This document shows, piece by piece, positions 50,701 through 64,000 of a DNA stretch of 64,000 bases; position 1 is the first letter of the stretch; the number at the start of each line of letters is the position of its first letter. A program made the translations under genes and the position numbers. This stretch comes from Chlorokybus atmophyticus (lineage: Eukaryota > Plantae > Mesostigma and Chlorokybus algae), in contig RHPI01002402.1 in the NCBI GenBank assembly GCA_009103225.1, positions 653,412 to 717,411 on the forward strand, read 5' to 3'. The notes beneath the pieces are model-generated. The model saw nothing but the letters and a program-made list of their open reading frames with translations. It did no database searches and was not told the DNA's origin.

Positions 50701-53700
50701 ATGGCGATGACGCCTCCGCGCAGCAGGGAGGTTGCTGTAGATTCTGTTCTGAGGAGGGTGTTCAATGTTTCTCTCACTGGTGACGACGGTGGCCCCGGTC
50801 CTGGACCTGGCTCCGGACCAGTGTTCCTGGAAGGCCTGGCGCAGGAGCTGCTGCTGGAGGGAGCTGTGCCGCCGGTCCTGCTGTCAAAAGACATTCTGGA
50901 AAGGCTAATCATGGAGAGGTTGTCAATTGCGACCCCCGAGCCACCACACAGGTGAAATTAGTTTCTTACCCTCTGCTTAGAGTCTGTCAAACTGAGCTTA
51001 CTGCATTGTCTCAATGGCAGTGGTGCTTCGAACAACCCTATTGGTAAGTTGATGGTAATTGAGCTGCTTTGGCCAAGCTCTTCGCATTATGCTTGTCGGT
51101 TCGTGATTGTTTTCGATGGCACGTGGTGTAGATAGAGTCAGCAGGATGACTGTTAACCCGCTTAGGCAAAGTTGACACCGCGAGACAACGTGTCGAGCAC
51201 ATTGTGATGCATGCGTGAGGCTGTAGTGTGCCCCACTACGTTTATCATCGGCCTTCGCACTACGTTAAAAACACTGGTTGGCTTGTTTGCAAGCGTTGTT
51301 GCAAAGTTTGTTGCATGTATTCAACCTTCACAGATGGTTGACAGTACATTCAACTGCACATTGCCGTCTCTGCGGCTGCCACAGTTGCTATTGCTGTTGA
51401 TCTTGTCTTTGGGTTTCTGTGGTGCGGAGATTCATCGCATTGGTTTCATACTACAGCACAACCGGTGTTTGCAGTAGGCAAGTTTAGGTTACATTTGCTC
51501 CGACCACTCAGCGTCTTATACTGCAGGAACTTCATAGCATCTAGCAAGTGCATAGTGTCACTGTAATGCTTTATGTAATGCTCTCTGCATTGTGTTAAGT
51601 CACTTAACCTGGAAGTAACCTGTCAATCTGCATGTGCTAGTCATACCGTTGCTTACAATGTGCCGCATGCATGCATTGGCAGGTACTTGCTGAATGCGTA
51701 TAAGGTGGCTGGGGACGAGTTGCGCAGGGCGACCATGTTGAAAGACAAGGACCTTGGAGCACAGCTCAATGACCTCCTTGTTTTTACGCGGGAGCTGATC
51801 ATCTCGTACATTGGCCTACTGCTTCTGAACCCGGACATGTTCCCGCAAGCATCCACAGACGCGGGCCTGCAATTGCTTCACGCAGTGGAATCTGGAGACG
51901 CACCTGTTGCGCTGTTGGAAGAGATGGCCATCAACCGCGCAGCTGCAGGTGATCATTACATGTGCAAGCGACCTCTCTTGTGGGCAATGCAGTTGCATGT
52001 CGACAAGTGTTTAGACTGCTTGGTCCACATTTCACCATGGCATTTGGCAGGCGATGATGATGACTTGCGAAGGCTTTTTGAGCCAATGTTTTTGGAGCTT
52101 CAAAAGCGCGCAGTGACGGTTTCAGTGTTGGGACCATATGTAGACATATTACGCACGTTAGTTGCACTGGTTAGCTTGCCATCAATCGCTAGCGTGGTTG
52201 TTGGCCTTCCAACCTGGCTGCCAGCTGAAGGCGATGGCAGGATTGTGGCGCACTTGTCTCTTTTGGGAGCCTTTTTCGCTGTCAGTTCACTCTCTGATTC
52301 TGTAGAGGATCGGTCACCAAACGTCAGGTGTGTCAACTTGTTGATGCTTGCTCTTCGTATGGTCGGCAACACTTGTGCTGAGCTTTCCGGTGGCTAGGGA
52401 CCAGTTGTTTTCCAACTACGAAAGCAGGAGGCCTGCTGAGGTCAATGCATCCATACTATCTCTACGCTCTTCACTAAGCATGCTCTACACTGGCCTGCAC
52501 GAAGCCTTGCTGAAGTTTCTGAAGCCACAATCAACAAGAGACGCAGCACTGCACTGGCTCGGCACGGTGATCGACAAGAACAGCGCACGCGGGAAAATGC
52601 ATTATGACCCCAAAGTGGTGGCGAGTGATGGCTTCTTTATGAGTTTGAGTGCTGTCATGCTGCGGTAAGACTTGACAAGTCATGCTCGCAGCGCCCTGCA
52701 TGCGTGCTGTTTGCATTTTGCTTCTTATGGGCTGCTGTGGCCATTGGTAGGTTGTGCCAACCTTTCCTGGCTGCGTCTGCAACAACACTGTCTCGCATCG
52801 ATGCAAACTACATTGCGGCCAATGCAAGGATCGCTCACAGGTTCGTGCAGCCTGTTCCAACAGCATGCATTCAGGCTGTCATGCCGGCGTGTTCAGCTCG
52901 GGTTAACGCGATCATGATGCAGCGAGGTGACAAAGATAGCAGCATCATCTGATGAGGTGGCGTCTTGGGTGGACAAGCGCAATCTAGCCCGGGAGCAGCA
53001 GTTGCGCCAAGAGCAAGCGTATATTGAGCGGTTGGAGTACGAGCGCGCAGGTGTGCAGAGGCAGAATGCGCCAAGCACAAGTAATGGAGGTTCAGCAATG
53101 CAAGAGCAGAGTGATGCAAGCACCCTGAGAACAGCGGGTGGTGCCGGTCCCAGCCTCAATGTGGACAAGAAGAGCTTCCACTTCATCTGCGAGTGCTTCT
53201 TTTTGACAGCACGTTGCCTGAATGAAGGCATGCTGCGTTTAATATCAGAGGCCTTGACTGGCGAGGATGAGAGGGTAAGCATGCTGTTAACGTTCCAGTC
53301 TGCAATCTTTCGCACATCCAGCAGATAACAGGTTGCAAGTGCGACAACACTGCTAATATCGTTACTAAACTCACTGTATTTGTAGCTGTTGGGCAGGTAC
53401 AAAAAGGAAATAAAGAACCTTGAGACTCAGCTGGAGCAGTTTTCAGGCATCCAGCGAAGGCTCTTAGAAGTTAGAATAGAGAAAATGAAACAAGCCATGA
53501 ACGAGCTGAAAGAAGACATTATGTGCAATCAGGCCACACTACAGGTCTGTCGGCTGCATTGACGCAATGCGGTGCATGAAACTTCTTCAAGTTTATGAGA
53601 GATTCGTTTTGCTTTGTAGGACCCAGAAGTCCTGCAACTCGCTTTGGGTTACTACAAGCTGATGGCGCTTTGGCTGATCAAGCTTGTGGGAGGCCTTCGT

Positions 53701-55145
53701 TTCCCTCTGCCAGTCCCTGCACCCATGGAGTATGCAGCACTGCCAGAGTATTTTGTTGAAGACATGCTGAACCTTGTGTTGTACATTAGCGCATCAACAC
53801 GGCGATCAACATCAATATTTGACGCTGCCACTCTAAACGACTTGACGAGTTTCATGATAGTCTTCATGGGAAGCCCCCTGTACATAAAGAACCCTTACCT
53901 GCGCGCAAAGATGGTGGAAGTGCTGAGCTACTGGCTGCCTGAGCACTGCCACCCATCGCTGGCATCAATAACAACGGCATTGTTTGAGGGGCACAGCTTA
54001 GCGGTGCAGTGCCTGGTCCCGAACCTGTTGCGCATCTATGTAGATATTGAGTTCACTGGCAGTCACACGGCGTTTTACGACAAGTTCAGCACAAGGCGAC
54101 ATTGCTCAGAATTACTGGACTACCTCTGGACAGTGCCAAGCCACAGGCAAGTGTGGAAGCAAGTCGCAGCAGATAATAGCGGTGGCTTCTACGTGCGCTT
54201 CCTGAACATGCTTGTAAATGATGGCATTTATCTCCTGGACGAGTCGTTGAAGAACCTCCCAAAATTGAAGGACCTGGAACGGGAGATGGCAGACGCCAGG
54301 ACTTGGGCTGCACAGCCCGTCACAACACGAGCTGAGAGAGAACAAGACTTTTCCTCGACAGAGCACCTGGTAAGGCTTGTTTGTGCAACCCGTTCCTTGT
54401 AAAGGTGTGCCATGCCCAAGTGTCAATCAGTGGTTTTCATGCCTTGATTTATGCGCAGGTCAAGTGGCAAATGCAAATGGCGGACTATTACATCCGCATG
54501 ATGCAGTACACGACGACAGAGATCACTGCACCATTTCTGCTACCGGAGATGGTGGATCGCGTGGCAGAGATGCTTAACTACTTCCTGCTACAGCTGGCAG
54601 GACCGCAGCGCCGGGACCTAAAGGTGCAGGACCCTGAGAAGTATAACTTCCGGCCAAAGGAACTGCTTGCGATGATAGCGGACATCTACTTGCACCTGGC
54701 TGTGGGAGACTCCAACGGCAGCTTTCCAGCAGCCATTGCCAGGGATGGCCGCTCGTATCGGCCAGAGAACCTGCCCAGCGCTGTTAGCATCTTGAAGACG
54801 CTTGGATTGATGTCGGAAGCCGAACTCCTCCGCCTGCAGGAGCTTGGTACGAGGGTGCAAGACTGTGCCTCCAGTGTCATGGATGTGGAGCAGGCCATGG
54901 GTGAGATACCGGAGGAGTTCACGGATCCCATTCAATGCACCCTGATGACAGATCCCGTAAAGCTCCCTACCTCCGGGGTAATTTGTGACCGCGCAACCAT
55001 CCAGCGCCATCTGCTCAGCGAAAACCGCGACCCATTCAACCGCGCGCATCTCACGGCAGACATGCTGGAGCCGGAAACGGAGTTGAAAGCACGCATCGAT
55101 GCGTTTGTTGCTGCAGCCAAAACCAAAGCCAGAGCTGGGTCATGA
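50701..55145 (+). CDS. UFD2: U-box E4 ubiquitin ligase UFD2/UBE4 (PUB1-like)
   Basis: LRRVFNVSL...LSKDILERLIMERL; FHFICECFFLT; YIKNPYLRAKMVEVL; EFTGSHTAFYDKF; U-box IPEEFTDPIQCTLMTDPVKLPTSG...DPFNRAHL. Confidence 0.96.
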
Positions 55146-56823
55146 CCCATACTGGAAAGATAGCTACCAACGCCTTTGTCCAATGTAGGGCTTGTGGACT
55201 GCCAGAAGCCTGCATGCCAGCACCTCTGGGCCAGCTTGCAGTTGTCTTGCTCAGGATGACTGATTGTGTATAGCTTCTGACCTTTCTGTTGCTGTAAAGA
55301 TTTGCTAGCATTGGCATAGTTGTGCACAAGGTATCTCACCTTGTCCTTTGTCAGGCTATGCTCTTTCTTGCCTGCTGTTCTGTGCGCTGTTCGGGTTTAG
55401 AGCGTAGGATGTGTGATTGTGGACTCGCTTGTGTTGTTGCACTTTGCCATGCATCAGACATTGGTACTTTGGCATTATGTACACAAGAGCTGCATGTAGC
55501 AGACTCTGAGGTAGGTAGCAATGCAAGCAGAAACAGGCAAGCCTCAACAGGGGTAGGTAAAAGCTACATGGGCATATGCAATATCTCTTCGGACATGATG
55601 TATGCATGGCACAGCAATTGTTTATCTTGATATTTTGATGTTTTAATGCAAGTGCGATGCGGCTGCTTTGCAATGCAAGGGGCATTTACAATTGTTGCGT
55701 ACGTTGCACAGATTGAAAGCCCTTGATTCCTTATCTACCTTCTAATGTTGTGCATCGTAATACTTCAATATCTTTGTGAAAAGCTTGCTATAATGTGTAA
55801 CCATAATTTTTTAATAACCTGCCAACATACGCACTTCGATCCCATAACCACTAAGTGCCTAAGTTGATACAAATTATAGTGCCCTACCGCAGTAATTCTT
55901 TTACCAGAACTACGTAGCACTACGACATTGCTGCTTTTGATTTTGTCTGGCTCTTGATTGCCGTGCATCTGATGCTGCTTGTTGGTAACGTGATTGAGTC
56001 ACAACAATTATAAGCACATTATTGTACACATGTGTTCCCTTTTTTTGTTTTTGCTCGCAAGTTGCTAACATATAATACGTTTTTGACAACACTTTTGTGT
56101 GATACATCGTAATGCGTTAGGAGGCATCCAAAACATTCGTTCGTTACAAGGCATGCACCAAAAATGTATACTGTAAAGAACACAAGCTTTCATTCAAGAG
56201 GGGGGGTGGGGGGTAATTCGTGATTTTATGTATGCTATCCTGCAAAAGGTACTCTATTTGCATCCATGTTCGTTTGCGTAATTGTGTTCAACCATATTTT
56301 GCCTAGCACAGCTTAGCAATACCTTTGAATCGTGATACTATAGTTCTAAAAGATATGCATAGCGCTTAAATAATCAGGTACCTTGATAAATCCTGCTTGT
56401 TATCAATCACGTAGTGTGCTTGATAGAACCTCTGGCCATGCTCTTTGAATTGGACCATTCTCATCCATGATTATTATGGTTCGTGATAAACCAGTTTCTA
56501 TAATGCAAGCAGTGACGATTGCAAAGGACAAGATTACCGCCGTCGGGATCCTTACATCGAGGTCAGGCATCTTCCACGGAAGCTTCCGCTACGCTGCTGT
56601 TAGGGTTTGCTTCGGCGGCATGCATCTCTCGCCAACGCCAACGCCAACGCTATCGCCGCCGTTGTGGACGCCGCTTTGAATAACTACCACCACAGCATTC
56701 TTGACGTGCATTCGTTCCCAGTATTCTCAGCTACCGCGTAGTAGCAGGAGCATCAACAGAAGCATTGGGCAGCACCAGCAGCAGCCTCTCCGTCACACTC
56801 CACACCGTATCACACACATCACA

Positions 56824-57715
56824 ATGAGGTAAGCCTTGACCACTTCAAAGGCAAGCGCTGGGTTTTCAGGCTGACGAGTGTCGTGGTTGGGTGAGTTTAT
56901 CCAAGCTGCTTGGAAGGAGCATGTCACACACTGCTCTCATCTGTTGCACTGCGCAGCGGTCGTGCGCCGATGGTTACGGATGGCGAAGCTGGGGCTGCGG
57001 AGAACACGGGGGAGGCAGACGCCTTCAACACTGGCCCGCTTTCGGTACTCACCGCCTCCGTCAAAGCCAACACACAGGTGTGTGCAGCTGGTGGACTTGT
57101 GTCCATCTACAACCAGCTGTTGTCCATTCGGTCGCATAGCTTATGTATTTGTCAATAGCAGCTTAAGAAAAATGTCTTCCTTAAATATGGAAGTTCAGAT
57201 ACTCGAATTGACTCAGCACCATAATCAAGCCTTTGTGTGTGAACTGCAAGCAGAAGGCACATGCGCAAGCGGTTTTCTGTTTACTTGCATACGCTGTGCA
57301 TGTCACAGCACTCCATCGTCAATACACATCTTCTGTTTCGTCCTGCTTCATTGCTATCTTGCTGAGTTGTTGGTTGTTCGCATGTTTGCAGGTGTTGATA
57401 AATTGCAGAAACAACAAGAAGCTACTAGGGAGGGTCAAAGCCTTTGACAGGCATTGCAACATGGTGTTGGAGAATGTGAAGGAGATGTGGACAGAGGTAC
57501 GCGTCCCTTCTGCTGAGTTTGGTGCTAGTGTTGTTACGGTTGGTGTTACACTGTGTCATGTCTGTTGTGAGTCAACACCCAACTGTCATTGCGTGTAGGT
57601 ACCAAAGTCAGGGAAGGGCAAGGCAAAGGCAAAGCCAGTCAACAAGGACAGGTTTATCAGCAAGATGTTCCTTAGAGGTGATTCTGTCATCCTGGTGCTC
57701 AGAAACCCTAAGTAA
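56824..57715 (+). CDS. SNRPD2: Spliceosomal Sm core protein D2, 4 exons
   Basis: [18 protein letters not shown]|[35 protein letters not shown]|VPK...[22 protein letters not shown]. Confidence 0.97.
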
Positions 57716-58553
57716 GAATATCAACCGTGTTTTCGCTTTTTGAACTGCACGCGCGGCATTGATGACACGATCATGAACACATTGCCAAGTTCATACGGTG
57801 GCGTGTGTTACGAGTGGCATACCAAGCGAGTTTCTGCGAGTGATGTGTGCTGCATGTTATCAAGTGGCGGTGGCAGCATGTGGACAAAGAGCACGGCGAC
57901 ACAATGCTCGCTGGGCGAGCGGCCTGGTAGCCCCTTAAGGCAAAAAAGAGCTGAAGGGGAGTTGCCGGTACGCGTGCCAATGCGCTGCACGCTGGGCGAT
58001 TTTAGTTTTCAATCTGAATGCCACCAGCCTAGAGCAGTACTACAGTAAATCAGACGACTGCTTGCACTGCTGTGATGGCTTCGGCTTGCACAGGTTTCTG
58101 ATGGGTTGCATGGTTCCTTCACTTGTTGCATTGCTGTCGTGTGGTAATGCAACCCCATACATGTGTGGATAGCAGACTTTCCAGCGACACTAGGCTGCAC
58201 TACGCAAGTTTCTGCCGATTCATGGCTGTGTCATTTTTCCTTTTGGGCTTCAAGTCCAGTGCATGTCCCTGTGTTGACAGACTTGTAATGCTGAGCGTTT
58301 GTGCGAGTTTGCACGGCAGTACAAGCCGTCTAAAGCATGCCAAACCACCACAGTCACTTTAGTTTCCTTGCGTATTGTTGTTTTATGTTGTGGGATGTGC
58401 CACACATGATGTCTACCATGCCGTACAGTTAGCAGTGCATTACAGCACATGAAGCCGCTTGCACCTACCAATCCAAGCACAATCGCAACAACCTTTTCAC
58501 ACTGAATTGCAACCTCACGCTGCACCCAAAGTATATATAGAAACACAGTCCTC

Positions 58554-61500
58554 CTAAGACACCGACCACCGCCTTCCTGCTGACGGCCGCTGCAAGTTTG
58601 TCTGCTTCAAGCTCCCTCCATTGCCAACATGCTGATGGTCACCTTGCGCTGCCCATAAGAACGCCGGCTCTGCTGGCCTGAAAGCCTCCTGTTGCGTCGA
58701 TTGAGACACACGCGTGCTCCGCCTGGCAAGGCATTGGTGAGTCAGACTGAGAGAGCATGGGCATGTGACTGCTGCTATTGTGTGTTGAGTTTGTAAGCTT
58801 CTTATGTTCGTGCAATAAGTGACCCAACATTTTTGCATGATGGAGTGAAGTTGTGACCGTCATATGCCAGCGTGCTGAACAGTGTGGTAAAAGGCATGCT
58901 GCAGGTCTTCAGTTTTGATAATACCTGGAAGTGCTGTGCCCAGACTCGCTTGCTCGTCGCTCTTGTTGCTGCTGCTGCTGCTGTTGTTGTTGTTGTTGAG
59001 GCAGCAGCAGGTTGGACTGGCTGCGCCATCTCACCGGCTTAGCCTGCAGGCCACCAACACGAGTCACTTCTCGACACCCAAAGACACATATGCCAGCCAA
59101 CGCGCAGAACGCAAATGAGACACAACACCTTGTGCTTTCCTGCCATCCATCCCCCACACTGGGTATGACCAGCACAGGTGTCACCAACCATACACATGCC
59201 CAACCTGTTTCTCTCACTCTCACCTGAGGCGGCCTAATCCAGCTGCTAGAAGCTGAAGCGTGAGCGTTGGAAGAGGACGACTGCTGTTGGTGCTGTTCAC
59301 GCACGACGGCCCTGCGCACGCTGTCCAGCAGCTCGTCCACGCTTGGCAACGATGACGATGCTCCCGCCGATCCCCCTGGACTCGGCCCGGCCTCACCCTG
59401 CAAACCTGTGAACGTCACAGGCGTGAACACACGCAGAGTCACACGCACATGCACATGCATACGCATTACCAGCTTCCAGCTCCCCGTCCAGTTCCATCAG
59501 CGTGCGTCTTCGGTCCCGCGCCCGCACCGCGTCCACGCCGGCCGCGTCCGGCGTTGCTACGACCGCCACGCGCCGCGCTGATGTTCCCGCCGACGACGAC
59601 AAAGGCGGCCTCTGAGACGGGGCCGACATGCTCGACGCACGCAGGGTACGCGCCCTGCAAACACGTACACGTACAACGCGTTGTTGTTGTCACCGTTATC
59701 CCGACAACTTGCATGTATGGCACTACACGCTCTTCTCCTACCTGCGTGGCATTGTGGTTTGAGGTCTCTGTTGGTGTTGTTGTTGGTGTTGGGTGCTAGT
59801 CGTGGCTCGAGGTGGGGTTGGAGGCTTCCCTGAGCTTGTTGGCTTTGTGTTTGTGTTTGTTGGTGGTGTTGGTGGTGGTGGCGGTGGCAACGGTGGCTTC
59901 TGTGACGATGACACAGGTCCCGACAACGACAACCAAAAGGAGTCCTGAGGGATCACAACTTCACCTTAATGTGCATGACACCACGTTGTTGGTGTCGGTG
60001 TTGTTCATGTTCTGTCCCTTACCAGTTGTGGCATTGACGTGGAGGGTTCGGGAATCGGCTCGTCGTTGCGCTCTTCCTGCTGGCGCTCAAGCGCGCTCTC
60101 AGCAAACCGCTCTTGCATCGCCTCGAAGAAACGCTCGATCCTCATGTTCGCCAACTCTGACACACACAATCAGCCAGTCAAGAACAACAACAGCAGCAAC
60201 AACAACAACAACTACAGCAACAACAACTACATCCATATCAGCAGCAGGAACGGCAACAGTGATAACAGCCACGGTAACAACAGTAACAGCAAGGAAACAA
60301 AGACATCAACAACAACAACAACAGAAACGTCAACAACAGTACCAACTGCTACCACAATAATCAGGAATATTACTCACCCTGCTGATGTTGTGCCTCGCTG
60401 CCGCGTGGCAAGTCCGCGCTGCTTGGGCGCGAAGCCCGCGTGCGCTGAATCACTTGCGCAGCTTCCCTGTTGTTGGTGGTGCTGCTGTTGTTGCTGTTGT
60501 TGTTGGTGGTGGTGGTGGCGGTGGTGATAGTGGTTGTGTTGTTGATCGTGCGAGGGCGCGCCCACGTCTTCAAGTCCAGCGGCGGCACTCTCGGCTGCAC
60601 ACACGCGATTTGGGACAACACACACACATGAAGGCCATGAAGCGCATGTCTCAATGGTAAGGTTGGTTCGACTCTTGGTTAAATTTGAATACAACCCCAT
60701 GTGGCACACACACACCAACACGATTCCATGCCCCACCTTGTCTTGTTTTGTGGTGGCGGCGGCGGGGATTGGGGCTGATGATGAAGGAAAAGAAGGTGTA
60801 TGAGGAGGAGGAGGAGGAGGAGGAGGAGATGGAAGATAGGTAGGAGAAGTAGTCGGATGGCTGTGACTGTCGTTGTTGGAGCTCACAGCTGTCGTGCAGG
60901 TGCAGTCTGCAACAAAAGGACACACACACATGCACGCATGAGGTGGCTGTTTGATGCTACTTGTTTGAGACAGGCAGCGAAATAGATGATACCGTGTTCA
61001 ATGCTGCTCTCGTTGTCCGAGCGAGCCATATGCGTGCTTGGTGGGGACTTTTTGGTCTGGATGTGCAACGGTGCATGAGTAGGCAGGGTAGCAGTGCGTA
61101 GATGCGCGTGCGCGTGCACAAGTGCGTGTGTATTGTAGCTTAAAAGACTTACCCTGGTAACCTCTTCCTCGAGTGCTTGTGCTTGTTGTTGGTCTCGTCT
61201 GACTTCCTCTTCCCGCTCTTGGTTGTCCTCCTCTTCCTCCTCCTCCGCATCCACGTTCCCAAAGCCCTTCTTCCCAAGCAACCTCTCCCACCCTGCATGC
61301 ACAGATCCACACACCATCACCCACCCACGCACGCGCACACACACGCGCGCACGCACGCAAACACGACACACACACGTACAGACACACACATGCCTTGTAT
61401 CTTTGAGACGATAGCGCAGAACCCCCCGAAATCCACCCTCCCGCTGCCGCCGACATCCCGGCCGATACCCCCGCCACGTCCACCATATGTTGGAGGAGGA

Positions 61501-62431
61501 GGAGGGGGGGACAGGACCTCTCGTAGCACGCTCGCAAGGTCGTCAGGCTCAACAAAACCTGGCGTGAGATGAATGAAGAGACTGAGAGAGTGCAGTAGCC
61601 GAGGACAACACGCAGCACTACTACTGTCTATTATCATCGTGGTCTCGGAATGTTCCGTTGCTTACAGCGCTTGTAGGCTTAGATGTTGCAAGGCAACAGT
61701 CCTTCCGGCAGCAGAGCATGACGGTACACAACTTGCGCTTGTTCGAAACGCATATGACCAGAGTGGTGACGTATGTCACGATCCACACCAATCAGTGGAC
61801 GACAGGTGCTCAATAGTCTCTCTCAAAACACACACACACAAAACCGATCAGCTGTCCTCACCGCTTCCTGCTGCGTCTAGTGCTATGAACAGTGATCTCA
61901 TCCTCCGCATGGCGTCCAGAGGCAGGGCGTGAGGCACGAAACGACGACGACGACCGAGCCAGCCAGTCACGTCCGCCATCTTGGCCAAACAACCAACCAA
62001 CCAACCAACCCTACTCAACGTTGTACTCGACCTAATCGTTGTCCTGATTGGACTCCTCCTTTCCCGCTGCCACGTCTGCTACGTACGCCTAGTCGTACTC
62101 CGCCGCCGCCTCCTCCTCCTCCTCCGTGCCTCTCGCTCAGCCCTTCACAGCAACACTCTTGATTGGTGTTGATCTATCACTCTCACTCACGCTCTCGCTC
62201 TTGCATCCAGATAGATAGAGGACGGTCTGCTGCGGAGTGTGTCTCCACGCCGCCGCCGCCGCCGTGGCCGTGGCCGTGGCCGGCGATGTCGTCGGCGGCG
62301 TTGGTGATGGTGTGACACAGCCACGTGACGTCGCTGCTCGGGATCAGCGGGTTCACCTGGCTCGCGACATCTGTGTGCCAACAAGGTGATCCGTAGTGAT
62401 CCAGAGTGTGCAGTGTGTTCACTGCCACCAT
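58554..62431 (-). CDS. Orphan multi-exon protein: EF-hand pair followed by long low-complexity (poly-E/P/T/Q) regions
   Basis: MRSLFIALDAAGS|GFVEPDDLASVLREV...DVGGSGRVDFGGFCAIVSK; about 11 phase-compatible exons from 61979 to the stop at 58554. The upstream extension to ATG 62431 is tentative. Confidence 0.6.
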
Positions 62432-63006
62432 GGCGGCGGCGACGGCGGTGGCGGTGGCGGCGGCGGTGAGTTCGGGGCCTTTGGTGCGGACGGGAACGCA
62501 GTCAGGGTTGGAGAGGAGGAGAAGTCACGCAGGTGACGCCACTGTTTGCGCATTTCTTATCTCCTGAAAGGGCAAGTACTTGCAAGCCTGTACTGCCGCT
62601 AGGCTGAGGCATTCAGGGGAGGTGTTGTTGGTGCTGTAAGCTAAGAACTGAGTGCAATACAAGCTTAGTATACGAGCGTCTTGTATCAAATGCTTAACAT
62701 ATATAGACTTTAATAGCAGCATTTGGTGCGTTGCCGTGTCTGGAGGTTTTGGCTTGTCCATGAACACCTCTAGCATGTTGCATTGCCCGCAGGGGCGTTC
62801 CACTTTCTAATGTTCCAATAGTAACCTGTGAAACACAATTGCCAGTCCGCAGCACAGAGTAAGACATGCATGCCAAGCTCAAGAATTTGTGAAATCGGCC
62901 TTGTGTCAGATTACCAGCTTGCAGGCATGGTTTTCTGCTGTCATCAACCGCAACAAAATCGCCACAATATCCTTTCTGTACATGTGTAGTAATGCACAAT
63001 CTGCAG

Positions 63007-64000
63007 GTGCTGTGGCATCCTCCGCTGCCTCGCAGTTTTCGTCTTCGCATACGCACGCACGACTCAGGTAAGCAAACATGCCATGAATTGCAAGCACCTT
63101 GTCTATCCCACACCGTTGTGACAACCATTGTGTAGTGTGGGCCTCAGTATATTGATGGAATCTAGTTCTAATTATTCCCCTTTTTTGCCTCAGGTCCCTC
63201 GCATCCACCTTTGCTCGCGGCACACTTCCAGCTACAAACTCATTGTCGTTGTCGACAACGAGACGGAAACACCGCAGTTGCAGCAGGCGGTCATGCAATC
63301 AGCGTTCCGGCGATGCTGTTGCACTCTTCACAGGTAGGGCGTGTGCGTGGTGAGAACATATAACCAAGAACGACAAATCAGCTGGCTGGGAAACATATGG
63401 TGATAGCCATGAATGGTTGCGCTGTGATGATCATGTCTCACAGGCATAGTGGAGGAGATGGGCAGCGTGCGCGAGTTGCGTGAAGTGGATGGCGGCTGGC
63501 TGCTGACAGTCGAGGCGCAGGAAGTACTCGGCGGAGTCAAGGTGAGAGAGCAGTTTTTATTGATGACTTCTGGTGCTTGACTTTGTTGTCCATCCATATC
63601 ACTTTTGTCAATGACGACGAGAGTGCGTGAGGGCGGGCGTGGGTGCGCGCGTGCGTGTATGTGCGCCATGCTGCGCATGCAAACTGCCACGCACATAGCC
63701 CATGCGCCAATATGTCCGCGTAAACTACATATACGTTATAACAACTACACATGTGCGCAGTTGGGCGACAGCATTGCCGTCAACGGCACGTGTCTCACCG
63801 TCACGCGCTTCGATGAAGACTCCTTTGATGTCGGTGAGTGAGAGCATGCACGCTGTCAAATCAATCATGACTGTGTGAATATTGTGCTCTCATCCATGCA
63901 CACACTACAACAACAGCTTGTGTGTGCATGCGCAGGGCTCTCGCCAGAGACGTTGCGCAAAACTTCCCTCGGCGAGCTTGAAAAAAACTCACGCGTCAAT
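63007..64000 (+). CDS. Riboflavin synthase, plastid-targeted (runs off the window; first exon not located)
   Basis: Ser/Arg-rich transit peptide, then ALFT|GIVEEMGSV...|LGDSIAVNGTCLTV...|GLSPETLRKTSLGELEKNSRVN. Confidence 0.93.

Noticed and set aside
60165-60375. Poly-CAA/CAG tract with interspersed TAA on the + strand, suggesting TAR=Gln recoding
   Set aside because: It is the reverse complement of a GT-rich intron of the EF-hand gene, and conserved genes here end in TAA (SmD2, MED7) and TAG (leuD), so the standard code applies.
62000-62140. Acidic-looking frame broken by TAG codons (readthrough?)
   Set aside because: Another frame plus splicing explains it; no evidence for readthrough.

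Overview
Gene-dense, intron-rich (GT-AG, about 80-250 nt introns) nuclear DNA from a green-lineage eukaryote. Plastid-targeted LeuD and riboflavin synthase, plant-type PAT11, PUX10, UFD2 and bZIP, and centriolar POC1 suggest a streptophyte or other green alga with flagellated stages (inference; species not determinable here). I spliced 18 genes by hand; most ORF-track entries are intron read-through or spurious frames. Housekeeping genes: RPL3, QSOX, TBCE, Rad60/Esc2-like SUMO-like-domain protein, LeuD, MED7, PIG-F, POC1, COX11, bZIP, GNAT, PUX10, UFD2, SmD2 and riboflavin synthase (partial), plus an orphan EF-hand gene. Three chimeric architectures stand out. (1) 21829-24232 encodes a probably plastid-targeted protein carrying a complete, four-exon Rubisco small-subunit (RbcS)-like domain with a short cyanobacterial-length loop, behind a PTST2/3-like helical motif; it is a candidate Rubisco/pyrenoid-starch linker. 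(2) 34-4484 is an NSF paralogue whose N-domain is replaced by a signal-peptide-like segment and glycosylation-sequon-rich Ig-like repeats. (3) 14737-17644 is an in-frame STE20-type pseudokinase-DHHC (PAT11-like) fusion. Most genes sit in divergent pairs, and intergenic regions hold inverted-repeat elements and about 148-bp tandem duplications. All homology calls come from remembered family motifs; no database search was run.
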